NCBI GenBank assembly: GCA_036012755.1
Contig: DASCPX010000027.1
Coordinates: forward strand, 303,510 to 367,509
Source: Myxococcota bacterium
GTDB taxonomy: Bacteria > Myxococcota_A > UBA796 > CAJQPC01
Direction: 5' to 3'
Length of the DNA: 64,000 nucleotides
Below are positions 1 to 9,871 of the stretch, one piece after another; position 1 is the stretch's first letter, and each line of letters opens with the position of its first letter. Under the pieces are notes generated by a model. It saw only the letters and a program-made list of their open reading frames with translations, searched no databases and had not been told where the DNA came from. Made by a program: the position numbers and the translations under genes.

Positions 1-474
1 CTCTGCGCTGATGACGATTCCCGGGGCGATGGCGCCGCCGACGTAGTCGCCTTGATCGTTCACGCAGTCGAATGTGGTGGCGGTCCCGAAGTCGATGACG
101 ACCAGCGGCGGCTCCCAGGTCTCCAGCGCGGCCACGCAGTTGACGATGCGATCGCTGCCGACCTCCCTGGGGTTGTCGGTGCGGACGCGCATGCCGGTCT
201 TGAGGGCCTTGCCCACGACGAGCGGCTCGACCTCGAGGTACCGCCGGCAGGCCTTCTCGATGTTGAACAGCGTGCTGGGCACGACGTTGCTGACGATCAC
301 GCCCTCGATCGCGGCCAGCTCGTGGCCTGCGTGCCGCAGCAGCTCGAGCAGCGTGAGTCCGAACTCGTCGGTGGTGCGCGTGACGGTCGTGACCCGCCAG
401 CGCTCGATGACCTCTCCTCCGCTCATGAGGCCGAGGACGATGTTGGTGTTTCCTACGTCGATGACCAGGAGCAT
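1..474 (-). CDS. coaX: Type III pantothenate kinase (3' end runs off the window)
   Basis: Own translation: MLLVIDVGNTNIVLG...VGSDR...VIDFGTATTFD...YVGGAIAPG; AGGAG RBS at 481-485 on the minus strand. Not in the ORF track because it is partial. Confidence 0.93.
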   Translation of the reverse strand, partial: MLLVIDVGNTNIVLGLMSGGEVIERWRVTTVTRTTDEFGLTLLELLRHAGHELAAIEGVIVSNVVPSTLFNIEKACRRYLEVEPLVVGKALKTGMRVRTDNPREVGSDRIVNCVAALETWEPPLVVIDFGTATTFDCVNDQGDYVGGAIAPGIVISAE

Positions 475-483
475 CGACGGCTC

Positions 484-2649
484 CTAACGCGCTACGCGGT
501 CCACACTGATGACGCCCCGGATCTTCTCGAGGCGGCGGATCAGCCCGGTCAACTCCGCGACGTCGGTGACGCCGATCTCCAGGTCGCACTCTGCCTTGTC
601 GTCGCCGACGACCTGGACGTTCGCCGCCGAGATGTTGATGCCGGCGTCGGTGCAGGTCTTCGTGATGTTGGCGAGCAGCCCCGGACGGTCGACGCAGATG
701 AGCCGGATGCCGCTCATGTGTTGGACGCCCTCGACCTTGGAGTCCCACTGGACGGTGATGCGCCGCTCCGGCTCCAGCGCCAGGAGCTGTGGGCACTGGC
801 GGCGGTGCACGCTGATGCCGCGGCCGCGGGTGATGTAGCCCCGCACGGGCTCCCCAGGCAGCGGGTTGCAGCACTTGGCGAAGGAGACCAACACGTCCTC
901 TTCGCCGTCGATGAGCACAGGGCTGACGCTTCGGCGCCGGATCCGACTGAGCAGGCGCTCCAGCGCGCCGGCCTCCTTCTCGTCCCGCTCGCTCTCCCAG
1001 TCGTAGTCCGGGAGCAACTCGCGGACGTGGCCGGTGATCGGGGAGTGGCCTTGCGTGATGTCGATGAACAGCGACTCCGCGTCGCGGAAGCCGTGGCTCT
1101 TGCACAGCCGCTTCAGCGCACCGCTCTTGACTACGGCGTTCAGGCTCGTCCCCCGCTTCTTGAGCTCGTTCTCGAGGACCTCGCGCCCCAGGCGCGCCCC
1201 GGTCCGCCGCTCCTCCTGGCGCAGGAACTTCCGGATCCGGCCGAGGGCCCGAGAGGTCCGCGCGACGTTGAGCCAGTCTCGCCGAGGGTGCTGGTTCTTG
1301 CCGGTGATGACCTCGACCGTGTCACCGCTCTGAAGCCGGTACTCCAGCTTCACCATCTTGCCGTTGACCTTGGCGCCGGTGCAGGTGTTGCCCACCTCGG
1401 TGTGGACCGCGTAGGCGAAGTCCAGCGCCGTCGCCCCCCGCGGGAACTCGATCACGTCGCCCTTCGGGGTGAAGACGAAGACCTCGTTGTGGAACAGGTC
1501 GAGCTTCACGGCCTCCATGAACTCGTCCGGATCCTCGACCTCGCGGGCGCTCTCGAAGACCTCTCGCAGGCGGCTGATCTGGTTGACGGCGGCGGCGGAC
1601 AGCGCGAGGTGCCCTTCCTTGTAGCGCCAGTGGGCGGCCACGCCGCGCTCGGCGATCTCGTGCATGTCGGTGGTGCGGATCTGGACCTCGAAGCGGCGCC
1701 CCTCGGGCCCGAACACCGTCGTGTGGAGGCTGCGATACCCATTGCTCTTGGGCATCGCGATGTAGTCCTTGATGCGGTCGGGTACGGGCTGGAAGAAGGC
1801 GTGCACGTAGCCGAGGGTCCCGTAGCACTGGGTGATGTCGGGCACGATGACCCGGAACGCGAGCAGGTCGTGGAGCTGCTCGAACTCGACCTTCTGGGTC
1901 TGCATCTTGCGGAAGATGCTCATGAGGTGCTTGGCCCGACCGGTGATGGACTCGGGCTTGACGCCGCGCCTCAGGAGCTCTCGCTCCAGGGTACCCGTGA
2001 CCCTGCCGATGTAGGCCTCGCGGCTGTCCCGGGTCTCGTCCAACTTGGCGACCAGCTCCGCATGGACGCGCGGATGCAAGTGCTCGAGGCAGTGGTTCTC
2101 GAGCTCCACCTTCCAGGGCGTGAGCCCGAGCCGCGCCGCGAGCGGGGCGTAGATGTCGAGGGTCTCTTGAGAGATGCGGGCCTTCTTGTGGTCCGGCATG
2201 GAGCCCAGGGTCCGCATGTTGTGGAGCCGGTCGGCGAGCTTCACCAGGATCACGCGGACGTCCTGTGACATCGCCACCATCATTTTCCTGAAGTTCTCAG
2301 CCGCAGCCTCTTCCTTGCTGCGGAACTGGAGCTTCGAGATCTTCGTGACCCCGTCGACGAGGTCGGCGATGACGTCCGAGAAGGTCTCGGCGATCTGCTC
2401 CTTGGTGACGAAGCAGTCTTCGAGGACGTCGTGCAGCAGGGCCGTGGCGACGGTGTCGACGTCCATCTTCTGCCCGACGAGGATGCCGGCGACGGCCAGC
2501 GGATGGGTGAAGTAGGCCTCTCCTGACTTGCGCGACTGGTCCTTGTGGGCCTTCGCCGCGTAGAAGTACGCGCGCATCACGACGTCGAGGTCGGCGTCGG
2601 GTGCGTAGACGGAGATGTCGTCGAGGATATCGTTGAGGCGGAGCGCCAC
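484..2649 (-). CDS. relA: Long RelA/SpoT (p)ppGpp synthetase/hydrolase
   Basis: HD motif (ALLHDVLED), KLADRLHNMRT, NGYRSLHT, EVQIRT, TGS domain (DFAYAVHTEVG), CCNPLPG zinc region, C-terminal ACT domain. Confidence 0.95.
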   Translation of the reverse strand: MALRLNDILDDISVYAPDADLDVVMRAYFYAAKAHKDQSRKSGEAYFTHPLAVAGILVGQKMDVDTVATALLHDVLEDCFVTKEQIAETFSDVIADLVDGVTKISKLQFRSKEEAAAENFRKMMVAMSQDVRVILVKLADRLHNMRTLGSMPDHKKARISQETLDIYAPLAARLGLTPWKVELENHCLEHLHPRVHAELVAKLDETRDSREAYIGRVTGTLERELLRRGVKPESITGRAKHLMSIFRKMQTQKVEFEQLHDLLAFRVIVPDITQCYGTLGYVHAFFQPVPDRIKDYIAMPKSNGYRSLHTTVFGPEGRRFEVQIRTTDMHEIAERGVAAHWRYKEGHLALSAAAVNQISRLREVFESAREVEDPDEFMEAVKLDLFHNEVFVFTPKGDVIEFPRGATALDFAYAVHTEVGNTCTGAKVNGKMVKLEYRLQSGDTVEVITGKNQHPRRDWLNVARTSRALGRIRKFLRQEERRTGARLGREVLENELKKRGTSLNAVVKSGALKRLCKSHGFRDAESLFIDITQGHSPITGHVRELLPDYDWESERDEKEAGALERLLSRIRRRSVSPVLIDGEEDVLVSFAKCCNPLPGEPVRGYITRGRGISVHRRQCPQLLALEPERRITVQWDSKVEGVQHMSGIRLICVDRPGLLANITKTCTDAGINISAANVQVVGDDKAECDLEIGVTDVAELTGLIRRLEKIRGVISVDRVAR

Positions 2650-2674
2650 CGGTCACCGTGCGAGGCCCGGCAAG

Positions 2675-2702
2675 GAACTTAGCACCGGGTCGTAGGAGTC
2701 AA
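2675..2702 (-). promoter_or_regulatory. Possible sigma70-type promoter for relA
   Basis: Minus strand reads TTGACT-N15-TAAGTT, with TG two bases upstream of the -10 (extended -10); the spacer is short. Confidence 0.35.
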
Positions 2703-2720
2703 AGCCCTGGACAAGCGGAT

Positions 2721-3386
2721 CTACGGAGTTTTCTGTCCGGCCGGCGTGCCCGCCGCTGGTCTCCCGCACATCGCCTGGACGAGGCCCTCCCGGCGGCACC
2801 GCCTCTGGAACTCGGCGAGGAAGACCGCCTGGAAGCAGCGATGTGCCGTGTCGAGGTCGTCGTTGACCACCAGGTAGTCGAAGTCCCCGCAGTGGCCGAC
2901 CTGGTCCATCAGCTGGGCCATGCGGGAGGCGATGATCTCTTCGCTGTCGGTGCCGCGACTCCGCAGACGATCCTCCAGCGCCGCCAGGGAGGCGGGCAAC
3001 ACGAAGATCGTCACCGCGTCCGGGAAGCTCCCCCGCACCTGCGCGGCGCCCTGCACGTCGATGTCGAGCACCACGCTCCGGCCCTCCGCCAGCGCTGCCT
3101 CGACAGGCGCACGGGGCGTCCCGTAGCGGTTGTCATAGACCCTGGCCCACTCGAGCAGGGCCTCGTCGGCAAGCAGCCTGTCGAAGCCCGTCTGCCCGAC
3201 GAAGTGGTAGTCGACACCCTCTTCCTCGCCGGCTCGCATCGAACGGGTCGTCGCGGAGACCGAGAACTCCACGCCGGGGATCTCGACAAGGGCCTGACGC
3301 AACAGGGTGGTCTTGCCGGAGCCGCTAGCGCCCGTCACCACGAACAGCACCCCGGTGTCGGGCCCTTGCCAGCGCAGCATCGCCAT
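2721..3386 (-). CDS. gmk: Guanylate kinase
   Basis: GASGSGKTT P-loop, SATTR, EGVDYHF, YGTP, DIDVQGA. Confidence 0.95.
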   Translation of the reverse strand: MAMLRWQGPDTGVLFVVTGASGSGKTTLLRQALVEIPGVEFSVSATTRSMRAGEEEGVDYHFVGQTGFDRLLADEALLEWARVYDNRYGTPRAPVEAALAEGRSVVLDIDVQGAAQVRGSFPDAVTIFVLPASLAALEDRLRSRGTDSEEIIASRMAQLMDQVGHCGDFDYLVVNDDLDTAHRCFQAVFLAEFQRRCRREGLVQAMCGRPAAGTPAGQKTP

Positions 3387-4256
3387 CTACTCGACGTTCG
3401 CGACCTGCTCGCGGATGCGCTCGAGGGTCGACTTCATGTCGACGACGAGCGCAGACACCGCGTGCTCGGCTGCCTTGGACCCGATGGTGTTGATCTCGCG
3501 GTTCATTTCTTGCGCGAGGAAGTCCAGCCGCCGGCCGATCGGTTCGGGGCGGCCCAGGGCCGCGAGGAACTGCTTGTTGTGGGACTGGAGCCTCGCGAGC
3601 TCCTCGGCGACGTCGGCCTTGTCCGCCAGCACAGCGGCTTCCTGGGCGAGGCGGTCCGGATCGACCCGGTCCCCGACGAGCTTGTTCAGGCGATCCATCA
3701 AACGCAAGCGGAGCCGCGCCGCGACTCCATCCGCCTCCAGCGCGACCTTCTGGCGGAGATCATCGATCTCGCCGACGAGGTCCGTCAGCACCCTGCGCAT
3801 GGCCTCGCCTTCCTTCTCCCGCATCTCGGTGAGGTGCTTGGCCGCGGCGATCAGCGCGGTCTCGAGGACGTGCCACTCCCCCGTGACGTCGAGAACCTGC
3901 TCCACCGTCACGAGCACACCGGGGAGGCCGGCGAGGAAGGCGAGGTCGACCTCCGCCTCGACTCCGAGCGACCGCGCGAGCTCGCTCAGGGAGCTGTGGT
4001 AGGTCTCGGCCATCGCCTTGTCGACCATCACACCCATGCCGCCCTGGCGGGCGACCCGGCGCACGAAGACATCGATCCTGCCGCGCCCGAAGCGGGGCTT
4101 CAGCGCGGTGGCGATCCGCGGCTCAAAGGCCATGTACTCACGTGGGCAGCGCAGCTGCAGGTCGCGGAAGCGGTTGTTCACCGACTTCATCTCGACGGTG
4201 ACGGTGACGCCCTCGCCGCTGGCCTCGCCCCGGCCGAACCCGGTCATGCTGTTCAT
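3387..4256 (-). CDS. yicC: YicC/YloC family endoribonuclease
   Basis: SMTGFGR, KSVNNRF, GRRLDFLAQEMNREINTIGSK, IREQVANVE; usual position upstream of gmk. Confidence 0.95.
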   Translation of the reverse strand: MNSMTGFGRGEASGEGVTVTVEMKSVNNRFRDLQLRCPREYMAFEPRIATALKPRFGRGRIDVFVRRVARQGGMGVMVDKAMAETYHSSLSELARSLGVEAEVDLAFLAGLPGVLVTVEQVLDVTGEWHVLETALIAAAKHLTEMREKEGEAMRRVLTDLVGEIDDLRQKVALEADGVAARLRLRLMDRLNKLVGDRVDPDRLAQEAAVLADKADVAEELARLQSHNKQFLAALGRPEPIGRRLDFLAQEMNREINTIGSKAAEHAVSALVVDMKSTLERIREQVANVE

Positions 4257-4293
4257 GGCCGCGTCTTAACGCGCCGCCTCGAGGGCGCCTCGC

Positions 4294-5220
4294 TCAGCAA
4301 TCGCCGCTGTCGCCGTCGGAGCAGGTGTAGACGCAGCTGTCGTCAGCGCCGTAGGTCAAGTCGCAGGTCGTGCCATCACTGAAGGTCCACAGCCCCGTGC
4401 CCGAGCCGTCGTAGTTGCGCTCGGTGTGGACGTCGGCGTAGGGCTCCTCGCTGCCCTCGGCGACCGTGTAGTCCTCGACGGTGAAGCCGTTCTTCGCGAC
4501 GTCGGTGGTGCCGATGTAGACGTAGTTGCTGTCCTTGTGGACCTGACTCCACTCCTGGGTCTCTTCTCCCTTGGAGTTCGTCCGGGACCACGAGTCGTAG
4601 GCGATCGTGTCGCCGTCGTAGCTGACGTTCCGAACGTAGGCGAGCTCGGAGGTCCACTGGCCCCAGGCGCTCTCGATGCCGCTGCCGACCTCCGTCTCGG
4701 CGCTCCACTCGACCTTGTCGTCGCTGACGATGTCGTAGGCGACCTCGTACTGGGGGTAGCGTGGGAGGCTGCCGTCATCCTCCTCCCAGCGGTACTTGAT
4801 CCAGCCCTTGCAGCCCATGCGCTCGTCACGGCGAACATAGGTGACGGTGTTCCCGAGGACGTCCTCCTCCGTGATCTTGGCGCGGACGTCGAGGTTGCCG
4901 TTGGTGTAGACCGTCCCGTAGTTGCCGAACTCCGCGATGGTCCGCTTGCTCACCATGTAGCTGTCGTTGGTGTACTCGACCGTGTAGTCGAAGTTGCCGC
5001 TGCGGGTGCTGTAGCTGCCCTTCACGGAGCGGACGTTGGCGGGCTCGTAGTCGAAGTCCCAGGCGTAGGTGGCCTCCGCCCCCTCTTTCGGCTCGCCGCG
5101 GTCCACGTACAGGGCGAGGTCGTCGAACCAGCCGAACACGTCGTTGTCACAGCGTATGTTGCTGTCGAGGAAGTTGCCCCCGACCTCGGGGTTGCAGGCC
5201 ATTGCGAGCAGGACGAACAT
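4294..5220 (-). CDS. Hypothetical lipoprotein, Tyr/Asp-rich beta-strand protein
   Basis: MFVLLAMAC lipobox-like start, GGAG RBS, typical codon usage. Confidence 0.75.
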   Translation of the reverse strand: MFVLLAMACNPEVGGNFLDSNIRCDNDVFGWFDDLALYVDRGEPKEGAEATYAWDFDYEPANVRSVKGSYSTRSGNFDYTVEYTNDSYMVSKRTIAEFGNYGTVYTNGNLDVRAKITEEDVLGNTVTYVRRDERMGCKGWIKYRWEEDDGSLPRYPQYEVAYDIVSDDKVEWSAETEVGSGIESAWGQWTSELAYVRNVSYDGDTIAYDSWSRTNSKGEETQEWSQVHKDSNYVYIGTTDVAKNGFTVEDYTVAEGSEEPYADVHTERNYDGSGTGLWTFSDGTTCDLTYGADDSCVYTCSDGDSGDC

Positions 5221-5240
5221 CGTGTCTCCAAGCGTCTGGA

Positions 5241-6728
5241 TTACAGACGGCGCCGTCGACTCGCAAGGGCCACCAGGCGGCTCGTCTGGCTGGCGCTGAG
5301 CCCGAAGGCGGAGACGAGGTCTTCGTCGTCGCCGTCGAGCCAGCCGGACGGAACCGGCAAACCCTTGATAACGTTCGGATACAGGTCAAGGCGCGCGCCG
5401 CCTTCGATCCGGAGCAGGCCGTCGACGAGGGGGCTCCTGAGAAGGGTCAAGAGTCTGTCCAGATCCATGTCCTCCATGGGCCGGACCACCGTGAGCGTGT
5501 GCCCGGCGTAGAGACCCTCCAGGTCGATCACCGCGCGGACCGGGTGGGGACCGCGCAGACGCTGGACGAGGATCTTGGGTCCCTCGAAAAGCGCCGGACG
5601 CTTCGCTCGGTGCATCTGTCGGGGTCGATAGTCGAGCCAACGCCGCCTCCCCTCCAGCAGATCCCTCGCGTCCACGTAGGGCACGCGTCCCCCGCCAGGC
5701 TGGTCGCTGAGCAAGCGCGCCTTGCCTCCCTTCGGCCCATGGGCGACCACGCCGGTGTCGACCTCGCACAGCGTCCCGAGGGTGACCGCGTGCCTCCGCA
5801 TGTGTTCGACCAGGCCAGGGTCGCCGTGCTCCAGCGCGCGGTCGAGGGGGGCGTTGTCCAAGGCCAGGAGCTCGCCCGCCTCCATGCGCGGGTCCCAGGG
5901 CATCGGCGCGGGACCCTCGCCGATCGCCCAGGTCGCGAGGACGACCTCCACGCCAGCCCCCTCGAAGGGCGTGGGGCTCGACAGCTCCATGAGGCGGTGG
6001 CTCGCGAGCCAGCGCCGGCGCAGCGCCGCGGCATATGGCTGACTGGCCAGGGAGCTCGGCAGCACCAGGGCCGCCCGTCGAGTCGCGAGCTCCACCGCGT
6101 GGGCCAGGAAGGGCACGGCCAGGTCGAAGCGACCGCGAAGCCAGTCGAAGCGCTCCGAGAGGCGCGCGCGCAGCACCTTGTCCTGGTGCTCGGCGGAGAC
6201 GAAGGGCGGGTTGCAGAGCACCACCTCGGCGCCCTCGTCCCGCTCGAAGGCACTGCAGCGCTCGAGGTGGGCCTCCGGCACGGCGACGCTGGCGACGGCC
6301 AGCGCTGCCTGGTCGAGGTCCCAGCCCCTGATCCGGCTGGCTCCTGCTTGCTTCGCGGCGAGGAGGAAGGCGCCGGGACCACAGGCGGGGTCCAGCACGT
6401 CGTCTCCGCAGGCGCGAGCGAGCCCACGTGCCATCTGCCGGGGAGTGTCCCAGGCACCCCGACGCTTCCGCCCCGCCAGATCGAGCACCGGGAAGGGCTC
6501 GCCAGCGGAGAAGACCGCCACGGCGCGCGCGCTGTCGGGCTTCAGGCGCTGGAGGCGCTCACCCACGCCGGTGTCCATATCGAGGACGACGACCTGCGCA
6601 CGAGCCAGGGCGCCGGCCACCTCCACGACCCTCCAGGGGTCATCCGCGAGGAGCTCCGCGGCCGCACGACAGGCGATGGTGTGGTCGCCGTCGTAGACCT
6701 CTCGCCACCGGGAGAGCGCCCTACGCAT
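5241..6728 (-). CDS. N6-adenine DNA methyltransferase (gamma class, TaqI/Eco57I-like C-terminal TRD)
   Basis: GAWDTP, VLDPACGPGAFL (motif I), LCNPPF (motif IV), PKILVQ TaqI-C-like segment; start moved to ATG 6728, which overlaps the upstream GT stop. Confidence 0.8.
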   Translation of the reverse strand: MRRALSRWREVYDGDHTIACRAAAELLADDPWRVVEVAGALARAQVVVLDMDTGVGERLQRLKPDSARAVAVFSAGEPFPVLDLAGRKRRGAWDTPRQMARGLARACGDDVLDPACGPGAFLLAAKQAGASRIRGWDLDQAALAVASVAVPEAHLERCSAFERDEGAEVVLCNPPFVSAEHQDKVLRARLSERFDWLRGRFDLAVPFLAHAVELATRRAALVLPSSLASQPYAAALRRRWLASHRLMELSSPTPFEGAGVEVVLATWAIGEGPAPMPWDPRMEAGELLALDNAPLDRALEHGDPGLVEHMRRHAVTLGTLCEVDTGVVAHGPKGGKARLLSDQPGGGRVPYVDARDLLEGRRRWLDYRPRQMHRAKRPALFEGPKILVQRLRGPHPVRAVIDLEGLYAGHTLTVVRPMEDMDLDRLLTLLRSPLVDGLLRIEGGARLDLYPNVIKGLPVPSGWLDGDDEDLVSAFGLSASQTSRLVALASRRRRL

Positions 6729-7734
6729 GCGCCGCGAGGACCCCCTGCACCTGGTCCTCGAGGCTGAAGTGGGCCAGCACGTGCTCTCGAGCCCGCGCGC
6801 CTTTGTCGTCGTCCGCAAAGGCTCGGCGGAGAGCCTCGGCGAGCGCCCCGGCGTCTCCGGGTGGAACCCGCCAGCCCACCTCGTCCGGCACCAGCTCCTC
6901 GAGCCCCGGCAGCGTCGTCGTCACGACCGGGAGACCTGCGCACATCGCCTCCATCATGGCCACCGGGAGACCGTCACGGTCGCCGTCGGGGGCCTCCAGG
7001 CAAGCAAGGGCGAAGACCCGCGACCGGGCTTGGAGCTGCCGGATGGTCGCCTTGTCGACGGCCCCGAGACCACCGAGGCGCTCCGTGCCCGGACCCGCGA
7101 GGAGCAAGGAGACGCCAGCCAGTTCCGCGGCCTCGACCAGCACGTCGAGGCCCTTCTTCGGTACGTCGCGAGCGACGCAGAGCACATGCTCACCCCCGGT
7201 CACACGCGGCCAGTCAGAGGCCCTGACCCCACAGTGGACCACCCGGGCCGTGACCCCGTACCGCTGTTGGATGAGCTCGCGGTTGTGACGGCTCACGGTG
7301 AGCACGGCGTCAGCTTCGGCGAGGACCTCGGCCAGAGCGGGGCGCGGCTTGAAGAGATCGGCGGCGTGCACGGTCACGGCGTAGGGCGTCCCCCGGACCT
7401 GCCTCGCCAACAAGGCCCACTCGGCAGCCTCGCCCGCGAAGTGGCAGTGGACGCGCTCGTCCGCCTCGAGCTGATCGACAGCCCAGAGGGCCTTCAGCAC
7501 CTGCTTGCTGCGCTGGTGGCCGGAGAGCCAGGTCGGCAGCCGCGGCAGGTAGCGCAGGAGGCTGGCGTAGCCCGGGGGACGGAGCACCTCCCAGTCGGGT
7601 CCCTCCCCTTGTTCCCGGCTCCCGATGGCGACGCAGCGCACCCTGTGGCCGAGAGCCGAGAGCGCGCGAGCCTCCTCGTAGACGAAGGTCTCCGTTGTCG
7701 TCGGGTAGTAGCGCAGGAAGTACGCGAGCTTCAC
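6721..7734 (-). CDS. Glycosyltransferase family 4
   Basis: ETFVYEE, HCHFA, KKGLDVL, DGDRDGLPVAMMEAMCAGLPVV. Confidence 0.9.
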   Translation of the reverse strand: MKLAYFLRYYPTTTETFVYEEARALSALGHRVRCVAIGSREQGEGPDWEVLRPPGYASLLRYLPRLPTWLSGHQRSKQVLKALWAVDQLEADERVHCHFAGEAAEWALLARQVRGTPYAVTVHAADLFKPRPALAEVLAEADAVLTVSRHNRELIQQRYGVTARVVHCGVRASDWPRVTGGEHVLCVARDVPKKGLDVLVEAAELAGVSLLLAGPGTERLGGLGAVDKATIRQLQARSRVFALACLEAPDGDRDGLPVAMMEAMCAGLPVVTTTLPGLEELVPDEVGWRVPPGDAGALAEALRRAFADDDKGARAREHVLAHFSLEDQVQGVLAAHA

Positions 7735-8867
7735 GCCAGCGTGCCGGCGAGCACCGCCTCCAGCTGCCGCGCGCGGCTCTGCCAGCTGCGCAGCCGACGA
7801 CGCCGAACCGCCAACCGCCGATCGGGATCCGCGGCCCGCAAGGTCGCGCCCAGGAGTGAGTGAACGTCCCCTGGCCGGTAGAACTCCGTGCTCTCGGGCC
7901 CGAGCACCTCGCGAATCGTGGGCAGATCGGCGGCGACCAGCGGGACGCCGACCGCCAGGTAGTCCCAGAGCTTCAGGGGGTTGGCGAGGTGGGCACCGAA
8001 GAGGTTGTCGTCCAGGCAGATGACGGCCGCGTGCCAGCGCGCGACCCTGTCCGGGATCTCGGCATAGGGCAGCTCGCCGACGAGCCGCAGCGATGGTCCC
8101 AGGTGGCCCAGGGCGGAGCGCTCCTCGCTGCTGCCGCCGAGGATCTCGAGGGTCCAGCCATCCGGCAGCAGGCGCGCCAGGTCGCTCAGGATCGACACGC
8201 CCTTGAAGCGCCGCAGCGAGCCCGCGTAGCCCACCACGCGCTCGGCCCCGGGCAGGTGGTTCCTCACCCTTCTGGGGTTGGTGGCGTTGTGGACCACCGC
8301 CCGGTTCGGCGGGAGGACCTCCTTTCCGTGGACCTGCTCGAGCAGGCTCAAGGTGCCCGCGCAGTTCGTCACCAGGCCGTCCACCTCTGCGAGCAGGCGG
8401 CGCTCGAGCTTCAGCCAGTCCTGCGGTGTCTCCCCCCGCGTGATGGCGAGCTGGCTGTCGACCTCGTGGGCCTCCATGACGACGGGAGGCCCGAAGGGCA
8501 GCACGAGGTACTCGTCGATGTAGCGCTTGGCGCGGCCCATGATGACGCTGTTGTCCGCGTGCTCACGGGTGCTGTTCCAGATCCAGAACAGGGCGTGCTT
8601 GCGGAACCAGAAGCTCACGGCGGCGGGAATGCTCGTGGGCGCCAGCTTCAAGTCCAGACCCTCCACCGGCGGGAGGTCGTACCAGGCCAGGACCTCCTCG
8701 ACGGTGGGCAGCTCCTCGACCGGCATCCTGTCCCGAGGCGGATCAGCCAAGAGCGTCACCTCGTGGCCGAGGGAGGCCAGCCCGTGGCAGGTCCCGAGGA
8801 CCTGGATGGACTGCGCCCGCGTGCTCGGCAGCCGGGGCCGGTAGAGGTGGAGGATGCGCAGCTTCAA
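7731..8867 (-). CDS. Glycosyltransferase family 4
   Basis: YAGSLRRFKG, NPLKLWDYLAVGVPLVAADLP. Confidence 0.85.
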   Translation of the reverse strand: MKLRILHLYRPRLPSTRAQSIQVLGTCHGLASLGHEVTLLADPPRDRMPVEELPTVEEVLAWYDLPPVEGLDLKLAPTSIPAAVSFWFRKHALFWIWNSTREHADNSVIMGRAKRYIDEYLVLPFGPPVVMEAHEVDSQLAITRGETPQDWLKLERRLLAEVDGLVTNCAGTLSLLEQVHGKEVLPPNRAVVHNATNPRRVRNHLPGAERVVGYAGSLRRFKGVSILSDLARLLPDGWTLEILGGSSEERSALGHLGPSLRLVGELPYAEIPDRVARWHAAVICLDDNLFGAHLANPLKLWDYLAVGVPLVAADLPTIREVLGPESTEFYRPGDVHSLLGATLRAADPDRRLAVRRRRLRSWQSRARQLEAVLAGTLA

Positions 8868-9871
8868 CAGAGCGTCTCCAACACGACCGCTGCCGCGTTC
8901 TCCGGACCGTGCTCCGCCTTGACCCAGGCGTGGGCCTCGAGCCCCCTCGCGCCGCTGGAGAGCCAGGTGCGGATGGCAGCGGCAGAGCCCGCCGCGTCGT
9001 CCGGGTCCTCCAGGATCAGTCCCGCCACCTCCGGCACGCCGCCCACATCGCAGCCGATCGCCGGGACTCCCCGGGCGCTGGCCTCGAGCAGCGCGAGCCC
9101 GAGGCCTTCAGCGCGGAGTCCATCTGCGTCGACGCGGGGCAGCAGCATGCAAGCCGCCTTGCCCCGCAACAGCTCGAAGACGCGCCGTCGATCGACCCGA
9201 CCGTGGAAGGTCACGCTGTCGCCTGCCTGCGCTTCCAGCTCTTCGCGGGCAGGACCGTCTCCGACGACATCCAGGGGCCAGCCGAGCGCAGCGGCGATGC
9301 CGATGGCCCTGTCGACCCCCTTGAGCGGGTTGAGGCGCGCCACGACGATCAGTCCCGTCCCGGGCGTTCCGGGCACGTCGATGGGCAGCGGCATCGGCAG
9401 GACTCGCGGTTCGCCGCCATGGCCCGCGACGAGATCACCGAGGAAGGAGCTGACCGAAAACAGCGCGCGCGCACCGTTCATCGCGCGGCGCAGTCCCCGG
9501 GGGGTGCGCCGGAGCGAGGTGAGCTCGGAGCCGTGGAAGGCCACGCCGAAGGGCACGCCACGATGGTGGAGGATGGGCGCCAGGAGCTCGGCCAGCTTCC
9601 AGGTCGCGAAGATCACGCGATCGGTGGCCCCGACCATGGGGTTCACCTGCGGAACGACCCAGACCCCCTGCCACCGGCCCCAGCTTCGGCCCCGCATGCG
9701 CAGGACCGGGAAGGGCAGGATCCTGTCGTACTCGGAGCTCGTGCCCGTGTACTTCGCGTGGACCACGACCTTCTCTCCGGCGGCGACCAGCGCGCGGGCG
9801 AGATCCTCGCACCAGGACGCGAGTCCACCGTCGAAGTCAGGCGGGAAGTCGAGCGTGACGAGATGGATCAT
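8864..9871 (-). CDS. Glycosyltransferase family 4
   Basis: DFPPDFDGG, VARLNPLKG, EGLGLALLEASARGVP; ATGA overlap with the upstream gene. Confidence 0.88.
   Translation of the reverse strand: MIHLVTLDFPPDFDGGLASWCEDLARALVAAGEKVVVHAKYTGTSSEYDRILPFPVLRMRGRSWGRWQGVWVVPQVNPMVGATDRVIFATWKLAELLAPILHHRGVPFGVAFHGSELTSLRRTPRGLRRAMNGARALFSVSSFLGDLVAGHGGEPRVLPMPLPIDVPGTPGTGLIVVARLNPLKGVDRAIGIAAALGWPLDVVGDGPAREELEAQAGDSVTFHGRVDRRRVFELLRGKAACMLLPRVDADGLRAEGLGLALLEASARGVPAIGCDVGGVPEVAGLILEDPDDAAGSAAAIRTWLSSGARGLEAHAWVKAEHGPENAAAVVLETLC

Noticed and set aside
52..2268. Long ORFs antisense to real genes (e.g. 52..2268, 2658..4382, 18855..22007, 38369..41962)
   Set aside because: Shadow ORFs expected at high GC3; they lie opposite genes with clear family motifs and have no motifs of their own
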